Source: Pseudomonadota bacterium (GTDB taxonomy: Bacteria; Pseudomonadota; Alphaproteobacteria; Rhizobiales; Methylopilaceae). Taken from it: a stretch of DNA of 64,000 nt. Location: the NCBI GenBank assembly GCA_023388965.1, contig JAEWFF010000015.1, forward strand, positions 14,467 to 78,466, given 5' to 3'. A model generated the notes under the pieces. It was given only the letters and a program-made list of their open reading frames with translations, was not told the origin of the DNA and ran no database searches. Below are positions 63,628-64,000 of this stretch, piece after piece (position 1 is the stretch's first letter; every line of letters begins with the position of its first letter). Both the position numbers and the translations under genes were made by a program.

Positions 63628-63700
63628 TTAAGCATTGGTGAAATCGGCCGTCCGCTTTCAAGCAATCCGCGTCTCCCGGAGCGATTAACCGGCAATTCAC
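63628..63700. promoter_or_regulatory. CtrA-like sites in the cpaA divergent promoter region
   Basis: TTAA-GCATTGG-TGAA (63628) and TTAA-CCGGCAA-TTCAC (63685). Confidence 0.55.
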
Positions 63701-63746
63701 CATTCCGCTTCATCTTGTGCGGATTGCCGAACAGGAGAGCCCCAAC

Positions 63747-64000
63747 GTGGCGCGGTCGACAAAATCCATTCGATTCTTCGCAAGCCTAACGCTGGCGGTC
63801 GCGGCCTCGGTCCTCGCGGCGCCGGCATTCGCCGAAGCGGGCATCAGCGTCCTCGTGAACCAGGCCAAGATCGTGAAGCTGGCGCGCAACGCCGACACGA
63901 TCATCATCGGCAATCCGGAAATCGCCGACGCCTCGGTCCAGGACGCCTCGACGCTGGTCCTGACGGGCAAGGGTTTCGGCGTCACGAATCTCGTCGTGCT
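63747..64000 (+). CDS. Pilus-assembly protein with secretin N-terminal-like domain (3' end runs off the window)
   Basis: Not in the ORF track. AGGAGA RBS, GTG start, signal peptide, then VNQAKIVKL..TIIIGNPEIADASV..LVLTGKGFGVTNLVV. Confidence 0.85.
   Translation, partial: MARSTKSIRFFASLTLAVAASVLAAPAFAEAGISVLVNQAKIVKLARNADTIIIGNPEIADASVQDASTLVLTGKGFGVTNLVV

Overview
GC-rich alphaproteobacterial chromosome segment, most likely Rhizobiaceae (inferred from gene order, a RIME-like repeat, and CtrA, Irr/ICE and EcfG motifs). The only accessory region is a ~6.6 kb integrative island (2183-8765) in the 3' end of tRNA-Leu(CAG). It carries a P4-type integrase with periodic arm-type sites at both ends, an uncharacterised 353-aa protein followed by tandem palindromes, and a tightly coupled alpA / HTH-zinc-finger / second tyrosine recombinase operon. 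It also holds a putative abortive-infection gene preceded by a ~190-nt nested-stem element and a 5'-truncated type III restriction Res fragment. The displaced tRNA 3' copy has a 1-nt deletion. The remainder is core genome: PMM, pyrC, an orphan atpB paralogue with altered channel residues, lepA, mbfA, recF-moeB, efp/epmA/epmB, an MCP, nth, gpmA, dapB, glk, mgsA, mepA, yejABEF, a leucyl aminopeptidase, and a Tad/Cpa pilus cluster that lacks a Flp pilin gene at the usual position. All calls come from reading motifs by eye; no database searches or folding programs were run.
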